A stretch of DNA of 36,406 nt from Phoronis australis (Eukaryota; Animalia; Phoronida). The stretch covers positions 1-36,406 of the forward strand of contig NMRA01001241.1 in assembly GCA_002633005.1 (NCBI GenBank). Reading direction: 5' to 3'. The position numbers and the translations under genes were made by a program. Within the stretch, counting starts at the first letter, position 1, and each line of letters opens with the position of its first letter. Of this stretch, positions 25,966 to 36,099 are shown in pieces. The notes under the pieces are model-generated. The model worked only from the letters and a program-made list of their open reading frames with translations. It was not told where the DNA came from and ran no database searches.

Positions 25966-26544
25966 CCGTTTTATGAGAATTTTTGACCTCAGAGCAAAAA
26001 CGATATACATGTATTTTGCACAAAACGGCAGTCACTTAAATGTGAATAGTGTCCGATATTTTAGTCATGGCTTTTCGGGAATCTACAGTAGGAATCTGAA
26101 AGTGTCCAGATCTATGTGTTGAAAGTAGAAGTCACATATTTGTAGAATCAAGAAGAGGTTTTACAACGAGTGATACGTGTAAATATCGTGTACCGTAACT
26201 TGAAACAAACCTGTATCTCCGTCGCATAGTTGACACGTTTTGGCACAGCGCGTTTCCATCCACTTTCGCAAAACCGATGATCTCGAAGTGCAGCTCCCTT
26301 CCGCAGCTTTTTGGCGACACTGGGTTTTGTCGACATCATAACCTCAGACGCAAAACAAAACATTATTCGAACGCACAAACAGTTAGCAATATACATTTCA
26401 AATGTCAAGTTGTTCGTTTGTTCTGACTTTCCAAACACGACCACTGAAAACTGGGTTGAGTTCCGTAATCAAGAATCTCAATATTATTTGCGTTTTTTTG
26501 TTTTTGAGGTTTCCATTAACTTATATGAAATGAATACCACGAAA
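25329..26544. repeat. Near-identical direct duplicate of 26845-28060 (offset 1516), separated by an N gap
   Basis: Colinear with only scattered substitutions. Both copies abut the gap at 26546-26844. Confidence 0.95.
26211..26342 (-). CDS. Duplicate of ShK exon D1 (D1'), possibly a redundant haplotype
   Basis: The exon looks identical to 27727-27858 and has the same splice sites. Confidence 0.5.
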
Positions 26545-26545
26545 A

Positions 26546-26844
26546 NNNNNNNNNNNNNNNNNNNNNNNNNNNNNNNNNNNNNNNNNNNNNNNNNNNNNNN
26601 NNNNNNNNNNNNNNNNNNNNNNNNNNNNNNNNNNNNNNNNNNNNNNNNNNNNNNNNNNNNNNNNNNNNNNNNNNNNNNNNNNNNNNNNNNNNNNNNNNNN
26701 NNNNNNNNNNNNNNNNNNNNNNNNNNNNNNNNNNNNNNNNNNNNNNNNNNNNNNNNNNNNNNNNNNNNNNNNNNNNNNNNNNNNNNNNNNNNNNNNNNNN
26801 NNNNNNNNNNNNNNNNNNNNNNNNNNNNNNNNNNNNNNNNNNNN
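26546..26844. other. Assembly gap
   Basis: Run of N. Confidence 1.
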
Positions 26845-27481
26845 TCTGGGCATAGTTGTTAATGAGTGCTGGGTAATTTCGAACTCATGTTTTACATGCG
26901 TTTGTGATAATCAGGCACCAATCAAGTCAATCAAACTTTGGGCTGACCGACCCGAATGGTTAAAGGATGACTACATTTGCCTCTCATTGGACCGTGATTA
27001 TTGTCATGGACCACAGTCAAAGATCTCAGAAATCGTTGCAATTATAATAATAGAACGAAGCAGCACTAGTGGAATTAGAAATGCATTGGAGATGCCAAAT
27101 CGAGTGATCCCAAGACAACAGTTGAAGAGTTTAATGCCTTTTTAATTAAGTTGGTATGAAATTGGCCCGAGAAATCCCTGATTTGTATAAGCCAAATGAT
27201 TCCGGTCTATTTCCCTCCAATGCGTTTAAGTTTCGTGAGTTCACTGAGAAATTCACCTCAACACAGCTTACGAAACTTAACGTAAGCAAATCGACTGGAA
27301 TAGACAAGATTCCATCTAGATTATTGAAACTTGCGGGGTCGTTGATCTGTAAATCACATCTATTTTCAACAAATTGTTGGAAACTCAGTTCATACCAGCC
27401 ACATGAAAGAAGGCCAAAGTGACACCTCTTTTTAAGGAAGGCAAAAACTATTGCAAACAATTACCGTCGAATCTCAGTCGC
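26845..27481 (+). mobile_element. Second (duplicated) copy of the CR1/L2-like LINE fragment
   Basis: Same motifs as 25329-25965. Confidence 0.8.
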
Positions 27482-27726
27482 CCGTTTTATGAGAATTTTT
27501 GACCTCAGAGCAAAAACGATATACATGTACTTTGAACAAAACGGCAGTCACTTAAATGTGAATAGTGTCCGATATTTTAGTCATGGCTTTTCGGGAATCT
27601 ACAATAGGAATCTGAAAGTATCCAGATCTATGTGATGAAAGTAGAAGTCACATATTTGTAGAATCAAGAAGAGGTTTTACAACGGGTGATACGTGTAAAC
27701 ATCGTGTACCGTTACTTGAAACAAAC

Positions 27727-27858
27727 CTGTATCTCCGTCGCATAGTTGACACGTTTTGGCACAGCGCGTTTCCATCCACTTTCGCAAAACCGATGATCTC
27801 GAAGTGCAGCTCCCTTCCGCAGCTTTTTGGCGACACTGGGTTTTGTCGACATCATAAC
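27727..27858 (-). CDS. Multi-ShK gene, exon D1, ShKT domain ((C)YDVDKTQCRQKAAEGSCTSRSSVLRKWMETRCAKTCQLCDGDT)
   Basis: ttttgttttgcgtctgag acceptor (uncommon GAG) and CAG|gtttgt donor. 132 nt, phase 1-1, same boundaries as paralog D2. Its frame is not in the ORF track. Confidence 0.88.
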
Positions 27859-27969
27859 CTCAGACGCAAAACAAAACATTATTCGAACGCACAAACAGTT
27901 AGCAATATACATTTCAAATGTCAAGTTGTTCGTTTGTTCTGACTTTCCAAACACGACCACTGAAAACTG

Positions 27970-29048
27970 GGTTGAGTTCCGTAATCAAGAATCTCAATAT
28001 TATTTGCGTTTTTTTGTTTTTGAGGTTTCCATTAACTTATATGAAATGAATACCACGAAAACCTACTAAATGAGAACTTTTTATGCCAAAAAGTCGAGAA
28101 TTAGTTTACTTTTTAATTTCCAAATTCCCCGCCAAATGACGTAATGGGTGGAAGATGTTTAGACAAAACAAAATAATTGATTGCAAAGTCAGAACCCAGC
28201 AGATGAGAAGACGAGGGTGATTTTGAGAGAGAACTGGGTACGGGCATCACACTCAAGTACTTGGATAATAAGATTTTCCAGTTAGTGAACTCTCGTCGGC
28301 TTTGAGACCGTACGATCTCGATCCAATCGCAAAACAATATGTGGTCAATATTCACAAAACAGACACTTCATGATCACTGATGAAGGGCACACTAAATGAA
28401 GGTAACACATAGTCACTATTGATATGATAGAGCAAGCACGGCCTAAACACAACGCATAAGCCTACATGTTGTAGCTCTCGACGTGGGCCGGGATTGAGGG
28501 CATGGCATCACTCGCCCTAGAATGGAAGTACTTTGCTTTTTGATTGTAAAATGTGCAAAATGCATTAACGAGGTACCGTGTCCTTCATCGTAACGCCGCT
28601 TTTGTGTTTGGTCGAAAGAGGATTGCTTAAAATGTGTCGACGTGTGGCTCACGAGTAACTCGAATGTTCCACACTGACATTCCACGCTCTCGTGCGGCGC
28701 ACAAAGCGATAGAATTTCTATGCAACTCCGGGGTATTTAGGAAATATGAACTTGGAGAGTTCCTCGGTCAAATTGGTGTCACTACAGCCTCCACAAACGC
28801 ATATTTCCAAGTCTCAACAAGGCGGATCTCAGCGGACTATCCTCACAACTCCTCAGCATTGCACTGGTAAAAACAACAACGGCCGAGATGGTCTTCCACC
28901 CATTACGTATAACCAGACAACAAACTTGGTATTTTTGTTAATTTTTGGCTTGTTTCTTAGCAACAGGCATACTAAAGATAAATAATAAATTTGGTCTTGA
29001 GACACACGGTCACGTCGGGAACTCTTCCTAGCCTGAACTCGACCTTAA
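27970..29048. mobile_element. Putative non-autonomous DNA transposon, related to 5920-6930
   Basis: Homologous to the copy near 6 kb. Possible short TIR: GGTTGAGTTC (27970) and GAACTCGACC (29035-29044), the latter followed by TTAA. Confidence 0.55.
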
Positions 29049-29393
29049 TTTTCGTAGTGAGAGCGTGCCAAATGCGACATTTGACATAGATAGCAAAATG
29101 GCAGATCGTGACCTCACTGATTGCCATTGACATTTAAAGTGTTTACACCACGCATTTTCTCAGCTTTCAAAGTTTCACTTAGCTAGTATGAACCTGAATA
29201 CCATACAATCTAACTAAATAAGCACAGAAAATATATTTTTTTAAATCGATGGCTTGTTTATTAGCGAAAGGTATACTAAAGTCTATGAAAAGAGAATTCC
29301 ACAAAAACAACGTATTTTGTATGAACTTAGATCGCTTAGTTCCACCCGAAAACAACAAGTTCTGCTCTTTTTACAAAACAGTCTACAGCTTAC

Positions 29394-29699
29394 ATTTGTC
29401 ACATTCGCATGTCTTCTTGCAAACTCTGGTCACGGAATTAAGTCTGCAATGCCCGTTTACCGCCCAAACCCGACAGGTGTAATCGGGATTATCACGCTTG
29501 TTGGATTTCTCGATGTTTGTTGCAGTGCGGCAAAAATCGGCAATAGTGTGTTTCACTGCAGTCACTGCAATTCTAGCAGTAGTTGGAAACGTCGGTGACG
29601 GCTTTGTCGGAAATGTTGAGGTTGTCAGAATCGTATTTCTTGATGTAGCTAGCGTTGTTACCGTCTTCTTTCGAGAGGTTTTTGGACTTAGGGAGGAAG
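29394..29699 (-). CDS. Multi-ShK gene, exon C1: Thr/Ser/Pro-rich linker plus atypical ShK-like domain (..FCRTATNIEKSNKRDNPDYTCRVWAVNGHCRLNSVTRVCKKTCECDK)
   Basis: catctttcag acceptor and T|gtaagc donor. 306 nt, phase 1-1, close paralog of C2. Confidence 0.9.
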
Positions 29700-30649
29700 C
29701 TGAAAGATGTATACATTGAAAGCACCTTCGGAGATAATTAAATTGGTAGAGTTTCAATGTGTGCTCATATCCTACATGTATATGCTAGTATTGACTTGGG
29801 TTGTACGCTATTGAGCAGGGGCTCAACAGAGCTCAGTAAATATAATGCGTGTTTGTGGGCTTTTGAAAACATTGATTGTCCTTTTTTATGTTCCTTGAGT
29901 CTCATCACAAAGTCACCGCTTGGCTTTGGAACACATGGAGAGGGAAATAGTACTGAGAGCATGTAGGGATATTTTCATGAAGTACCCCTAATTTAAAGAC
30001 TAAGTCCCTGTTTATTTTAACTGAATCAAGCGCCCTGTTTTTATTACATTATTAGATGATGACATTATTCAAATAAATGTTCACAGTAAAGGTAAAATTG
30101 TAGAGAAATATTCCATATGTTACTAAAGGACGAAACAAATGCACGGCAATATTTAGGGAACCATAATGAGATTGTGCCATGAAATCGGACACTGGCAATC
30201 TCACGATGCACGTCACGGCCGCCAATCAACAAAGGACGCAAATTTATATATTCGATGGGCGTTTTTTCCGTGTGGCTTTAATTAAAAATATGATTTTTAA
30301 ATCATTATTAAAATATTCAAATAAATAGATTTACTTCCGGTGTCAAGAAATCCGTGTGCTTAGGCTAGAACAGAATTTCGTTACTGCTTCTCTCTGGATT
30401 GTTTAAAAAAACCCTTCGACCCCCACAACCCACGACTCCCTCGACACACGGCCCCCACAACCCACGACCTGCGGCAACTGATGTATCTTTGCACCTTTCA
30501 CACATTTAAAAGCGCAGAAAATGGTCTTAATACATGAAACAAAAATGTAAAGAGATTCGCCAATGGAACCATGACTTCGACATCCCGTTGCTCCCAACTT
30601 GTTCGATTGTATAGCCCAACAACAAGTTGGGAAGTTTACCCCCCCCCCC

Positions 30650-30668
30650 NNNNNNNNNNNNNNNNNNN
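30650..30668. other. Small assembly gap after a poly-C run
   Basis: Run of N. Confidence 1.
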
Positions 30669-31207
30669 GCCAATTAACTCCATTCTGGCGTTGATGGTTG
30701 GAGGGCCTGCGCTCTCCTGTTTGGTAATTGCTCTAATCTTCGATCAGATCGTATCTAGCCTGACTGGGGTGGGCTAATAAAAAATGAAGTTAAGTTAAGG
30801 CAGATATTATCGCACGTTTAGCACCCCTCACGTCTGGAACAGTTACTGAACGACAGGACGCTGTAATAATTCAAATGACAATAAAGATGTTCAAACATTC
30901 TGACATACGACCAGGGCACCACTTTTAGTTTGAGAGACTATTGACTTTCTATCTTTGTACAGGAAACGTAGGTACTTAGTTTTTCCCTATTTAAATAAAC
31001 TTAATATTACTTTGATTTTCGGCAGCTTAGGTAGTTCGTATTGTCGTAATGTGACCTAGGCAACAGTATAAGGATTGTCATTGTAATGTTCATTGATTTA
31101 AATCAGCATCGTAACAATATATAGACTACTCTAGTTCTGTCATGCATGTAGCTATAGCTAAGGTACGAGTGCACAGCATATATTAAATAATTTGAACACG
31201 GACATAC

Positions 31208-31351
31208 TGAAGTTTGAATCTTCACAAATGCCGCAGGTCTTAGCACAATTAATCATCATCATGGTGGTCTTGCACAGCCTCTTCCACTGTTTGCAGTAAA
31301 AATCGGGAGCTCTGTCTATGCAAGAATGCCAACTGACAATTGGTGGTTCAC
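31208..31351 (-). CDS. Multi-ShK gene, exon B, canonical ShKT domain (GEPPIVSWHSCIDRAPDFYCKQWKRLCKTTMMMINCAKTCGICEDSNF)
   Basis: tttctaccctag acceptor and A|gtatgt donor. 144 nt, phase 1-1, six Cys in the pattern C-x-D...CAKTCGIC. Confidence 0.9.
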
Positions 31352-32602
31352 CTAGGGTAGAAATGAATTTATTTAGAGGAATATGGGGGTTGCAGACATG
31401 CCCCATGCTGGAGTACAGAAGCTATTTACCCTCGAGTAGGTTACTACTGAAACTTTGACCCAGAAGGAAGTTTGGAATCCTGCAAAGAGATAATGAGAAT
31501 TAAGCGAGATACGCATTAACACAACTGAGTCTAAACCGTCCATGGAATTAAAAACATCCATCATGGAAAAACAAGTTGAAAGGCGCACGCGTTTGGGGTG
31601 CAGACGGTGTGGTCACTAGTGTCTTCAGAACAGCAACAAGAGGGTGCAGAAAACGTCGAATGCGCCTAAGATGAATGGGAAACAGCGTAAGCCAATTTTG
31701 AAACACCGCCAAAAAACTTCCAATAAACGGAGGGGAAACTAATACACTACAGGTGCCGCAGCACACGTAGTCATCGTCCGTAGACACGTTGATAGGATTA
31801 CACTTGGCAATTTTGACAAAGATCACACCAGTAGTTTAAGAGGCTTGCGCCAAAAAGTGGAAAAAGAAAAACAAAGCTGGGCACCAGGTGGCACAGATTA
31901 TGTAAAACACGTTCAAAAAGAGGAATTCTTAGTGCTTAACTGACACACAACGCACAAAATTCATGGAAGCTCATCAAAGAACTAGTGCAATACAGAAGTA
32001 ATGCATACAGATTCAGGCATCGACCCTTATAGTCACGCGTAGTCAGTTCCACAGGAACATAATTAATCAATCTTGTTTTGTTTAGGAAGTACAGTAGCAC
32101 ACACAGGGCCAGTAGCGTGCAGCGCTTTTGTGAGGCTCGGGGCGATTTTTGTCGGATGCCCATCACCACAAACAAATGCATGGTCCCTAGTACTAAGAAA
32201 AGTGAAAAAGGTGAAACACACAATGGCATCTAACTACAAACTAATCAGTCCAAATTTCAAAAAGTGATGGAATGCCCCGTAATCTGTATGCCATACCCGG
32301 GGCCGTCGCCTTGTCGCACCCTTGCCCCTTTCTGTACCCGAGGCAGGACGCCAAAACAGAGATGGCTACGGTATGCACCCACATTGTATACGTGAAGAGT
32401 CAAAAATGGCGTCAACTGCCAAGGAAAAGGCACGGATTTCGGAATAGATTTCATTACATAGTGTCCGACTTGCTGTTGAAGTCATTCTGTGCGAGTCACC
32501 CATGTGAAGCCGATTTGGGCTTTTAACGTCTACATATTTTTGTGTCCGAAAACATGTAACTGATAAGCAAGTGGAAATCAGAGTACTGCATCGTACACGT
32601 AC

Positions 32603-32716
32603 CTTTCGGTTTACAAAATCCACAGGATTTCTCGCAATCAACCTTCGAGTCAAGAGTACTACAGTGCCCACCGTGCTTAATCTTGTTGCAGTACACATCG
32701 GGCTTTTTGTCGTAGC
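32603..32716 (-). CDS. Multi-ShK gene, exon A, ShKT domain ((x)YDKKPDVYCNKIKHGGHCSTLDSKVDCEKSCGFCKPK)
   Basis: cttctcacag acceptor and AAG|gtacgt donor. 114 nt, phase 1-1. The first Cys requires a T from the upstream exon (T|GC). Confidence 0.85.
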
Positions 32717-33429
32717 CTGTGAGAAGATCACGGTATGCATTTATCAAGATCTTCAAGCTGCACGCTTAAGTTCTTGTCTACCGCGATAAGACATACATGT
32801 ACGGTAAAGTCGCGCAATTTTGGAGACACTCAAAATTAATTCCAATAGAAAAAATCATTCTTGGACGAATCTCGTATACATGTACATGTTTGTAATGAGC
32901 TGTCGCATATGTGAGTAGTCGGCATGTGCCGACATAAAAACCGAATGGACTTTTTAAGCTTAACAGAAAGTAGTATACAAGTGACCGATTGAAATAGATT
33001 CCTGCCGGAATAACTGTCTAGGTCGTACAACAAAATCGATTATAAAGTTGTTTACGGAGAGAGAGAGAGAGAGGGAGAGAGAGAGNGATTTTTCGAGTAT
33101 GACATTGAATACACCAAAGCTGAGTCTGTACTCGAGTTGAGTATGAAGTGTGAGTTTGAGCATGATTCGAGTCTGAGTACGGAGATTGGAGACCGGGCCC
33201 AGGGCACCACTTTTAGTTTGAGAGACTATTGACTTCCTATCTTTGTACAGGAAACGTAGGTACTTAGTTTTTCTCTATTTAAATAAACTTAATATTACTT
33301 TGATTTTCGGCAGCTTAGGTATTTCGTATTGTCGTAATGTGACCTAGGCAACAGTATAAGGATTGTCATGTAGCTATAGCTAAGGTACGAGTGCACAGCA
33401 CATATTAAATAATTTGAACACGGACATAC

Positions 33430-33573
33430 TGAAGTTTGAATCTTCACAAATGCCGCAGGTCTTAGCACAATTAATCATCATCATGGTGGTCTTGCACAGC
33501 CTCTTCCACTGTTTGCAGTAAAAATCGGGAGCTCTGTCTATGCAAGAGTGCCAACTGACAATTGGTGGTTCAC
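33430..33573 (-). CDS. ShK exon B' (duplicate of B)
   Basis: Same splice sites and peptide, with one synonymous His codon difference (CAT/CAC). Confidence 0.7.
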
Positions 33574-34826
33574 CTAGGGTAGAAATGAATTTATTTAGAG
33601 GAATATGGGGGTTGCAGACCTGCCCCATGCTGGAGTACAGAAGCTATTTACACTCGAGTAGGTTACTACTGAAACTTTGACCCAGAAGGGAGTTTGGAAT
33701 CCTGCAAAGAGATTATGAGAATTAAGCGAGATATGCATTAACACAACTGAGTCTAAACCGTCCATGGAATTAAAAACATCCATCGTGGGAACACAAGTTG
33801 AAAGGCGCACGCGTTTGAGGTGCAGACGGTGTGGTCACTAGTGTCTTCAGAACAGCAACACGAGGGTGCAGAAAACGTCGAATGCGCCTAAGATGAATGG
33901 GAAACAGCGTAAGCCAATTTTGAAACACCGCTCAAAAACTTCCAATAAACAGGGGGGGGGGAACTAAAACACTACAGTTGCCGCAGCACACGTAGTCATC
34001 GTCCATAGACACGTTGATAGGATTACACTTGGCAATTTTGACAAAGATCACACCAGAAGTTTAAGAGGCTTGCGTCATAAAGTGGAACAAGAAAAACAAA
34101 GCTGGGCACCAGGTGGCGCAGATTATGTAAAACACGTTCAAAAAGAGAAATTCTTAGTGCTTAACTGACACACAACGCACAAAATTCATGGAAGCTCATC
34201 AAAGAAGTAGTGCAATACAGAAGCAATGCATACAGATTCAGGCATCGACCCTTATAGTCACGCGTAGTCAGTTCCACAGGAACATAATTAATCAATCTTG
34301 TTTTGTTTAGGAAGTACAGTAGCACACACAGGGCCAGTAGCGTGCAGCGCTTTTGTGAGGCTCGGGGCGATTTTTATCGGATGCTCATCTCCACAAACAA
34401 ATGCATGGTCCCTAGTACTAAGAAAGGTGAAAAAGGTGAAACACACAATGGCATCTAACTACAAACCAATCAGTCCAAATTTCAAAAAGTGATGGAATGC
34501 CCGTAATCTGTATGGCATACCCGGGGCCGTCGCCTTGTCGCACCTCTGCCCCTTTCTGTACCCGAGGCAGGACGCCAAAACAGAGATGGCTACGGTATGC
34601 ACCCACATTGTATACGTGAAGAGTTAAAAATGGCGTTAACTGCCAAGGAAAAGGCACGGAGTTCGGAATAGATTCCATTACATAGTGTCCGACTTGCTGT
34701 TGAAGTCATTCTGTGCGGGTCACCCATGTGAAGCCGATTTGGGCTTTTAACGTCTACATATTTTTGTATCCGAAAACATGTAACTGATAAGCAAGTGGAA
34801 ATCAGAGTACTGCACCAAACACGTAC

Positions 34827-34940
34827 CTTTCGGTTTACAAAATCCACAGGACTTCTCGCAATCAACCTTCGAGTCAAGAGTACTACAGTGCCCACCGTGC
34901 TTAATCTTGTTGCAGTACACATCGGGCTTTTTGTCGTAGC
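34827..34940 (-). CDS. ShK exon A' (duplicate of A)
   Basis: Same splice sites and peptide, with one synonymous Lys codon difference (AAA/AAG). Confidence 0.7.
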
Positions 34941-35346
34941 CTGTGAGAAGATCACGGTATGCATTTATCAAGATCTTCAAGCTGCACGCTTAAGTTCTTG
35001 TCTACCGCGATAAGGCATAAATGCACGGTAAAGTCGCGCAAATTTTGGAGACACTCAAAATTAATTCCAATAGAAAAAATCATTCTTGGACGAATCTCGT
35101 ATACATGTTTGTAATGAGCTGTCGCATATGAGTAGTCGGCATGTGCCGACATAAAAACCGAATGGACTTTTTAACCTTAACAGAACGTATTATACAAGTG
35201 ACCGATTGAAATAGATTCCTCCTAAGCTACCACCAGTGAATTGTAAAGTCCGATGTGCTCGATTACAGCTAACATACACGTATGCAGCTCGAAAATTCAT
35301 GCCGGAATAACTGTCTAGGTCTTACAACAAGGAGGGAGGGAAGGAG

Positions 35347-36012
35347 NNNNNNNNNNNNNNNNNNNNNNNNNNNNNNNNNNNNNNNNNNNNNNNNNNNNNN
35401 NNNNNNNNNNNNNNNNNNNNNNNNNNNNNNNNNNNNNNNNNNNNNNNNNNNNNNNNNNNNNNNNNNNNNNNNNNNNNNNNNNNNNNNNNNNNNNNNNNNN
35501 NNNNNNNNNNNNNNNNNNNNNNNNNNNNNNNNNNNNNNNNNNNNNNNNNNNNNNNNNNNNNNNNNNNNNNNNNNNNNNNNNNNNNNNNNNNNNNNNNNNN
35601 NNNNNNNNNNNNNNNNNNNNNNNNNNNNNNNNNNNNNNNNNNNNNNNNNNNNNNNNNNNNNNNNNNNNNNNNNNNNNNNNNNNNNNNNNNNNNNNNNNNN
35701 NNNNNNNNNNNNNNNNNNNNNNNNNNNNNNNNNNNNNNNNNNNNNNNNNNNNNNNNNNNNNNNNNNNNNNNNNNNNNNNNNNNNNNNNNNNNNNNNNNNN
35801 NNNNNNNNNNNNNNNNNNNNNNNNNNNNNNNNNNNNNNNNNNNNNNNNNNNNNNNNNNNNNNNNNNNNNNNNNNNNNNNNNNNNNNNNNNNNNNNNNNNN
35901 NNNNNNNNNNNNNNNNNNNNNNNNNNNNNNNNNNNNNNNNNNNNNNNNNNNNNNNNNNNNNNNNNNNNNNNNNNNNNNNNNNNNNNNNNNNNNNNNNNNN
36001 NNNNNNNNNNNN
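35347..36012. other. Assembly gap
   Basis: Run of N. Confidence 1.
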
Positions 36013-36043
36013 ACTAATTAAATCGGGTGGCATTCGCCTTTAA

Positions 36044-36045
<2 letters not shown>

Positions 36046-36098
<53 letters not shown>
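36046..36098. repeat. (AG)n microsatellite
   Basis: Directly visible. Confidence 0.95.

Positions 36099-36099
<1 letters not shown>

Larger units (their letters stand above)
30911..33033. repeat. Tandem duplication unit 1 (~2.1 kb, carrying ShK exons A and B)
   Basis: Colinear with 33199-35330, with scattered SNPs and a few indels. Confidence 0.95.
33199..35330. repeat. Tandem duplication unit 2 (exons A' and B')
   Basis: Colinear with 30911-33033. It lacks ~66 bp present at ~31081-31146 and has ~80 extra bp at ~35221-35300. Confidence 0.95.

Noticed and set aside
30420-30475. Duplicated CCCCACAACCCACGAC motif
   Set aside because: Only two short copies. Probably a subterminal repeat of an unidentified TE, with too little sequence to call.
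26311-36043. Long ORFs containing X runs (26311-26862, 26521-26853, 35269-36033, 35282-36043)
   Set aside because: Artefacts of translating N gaps.
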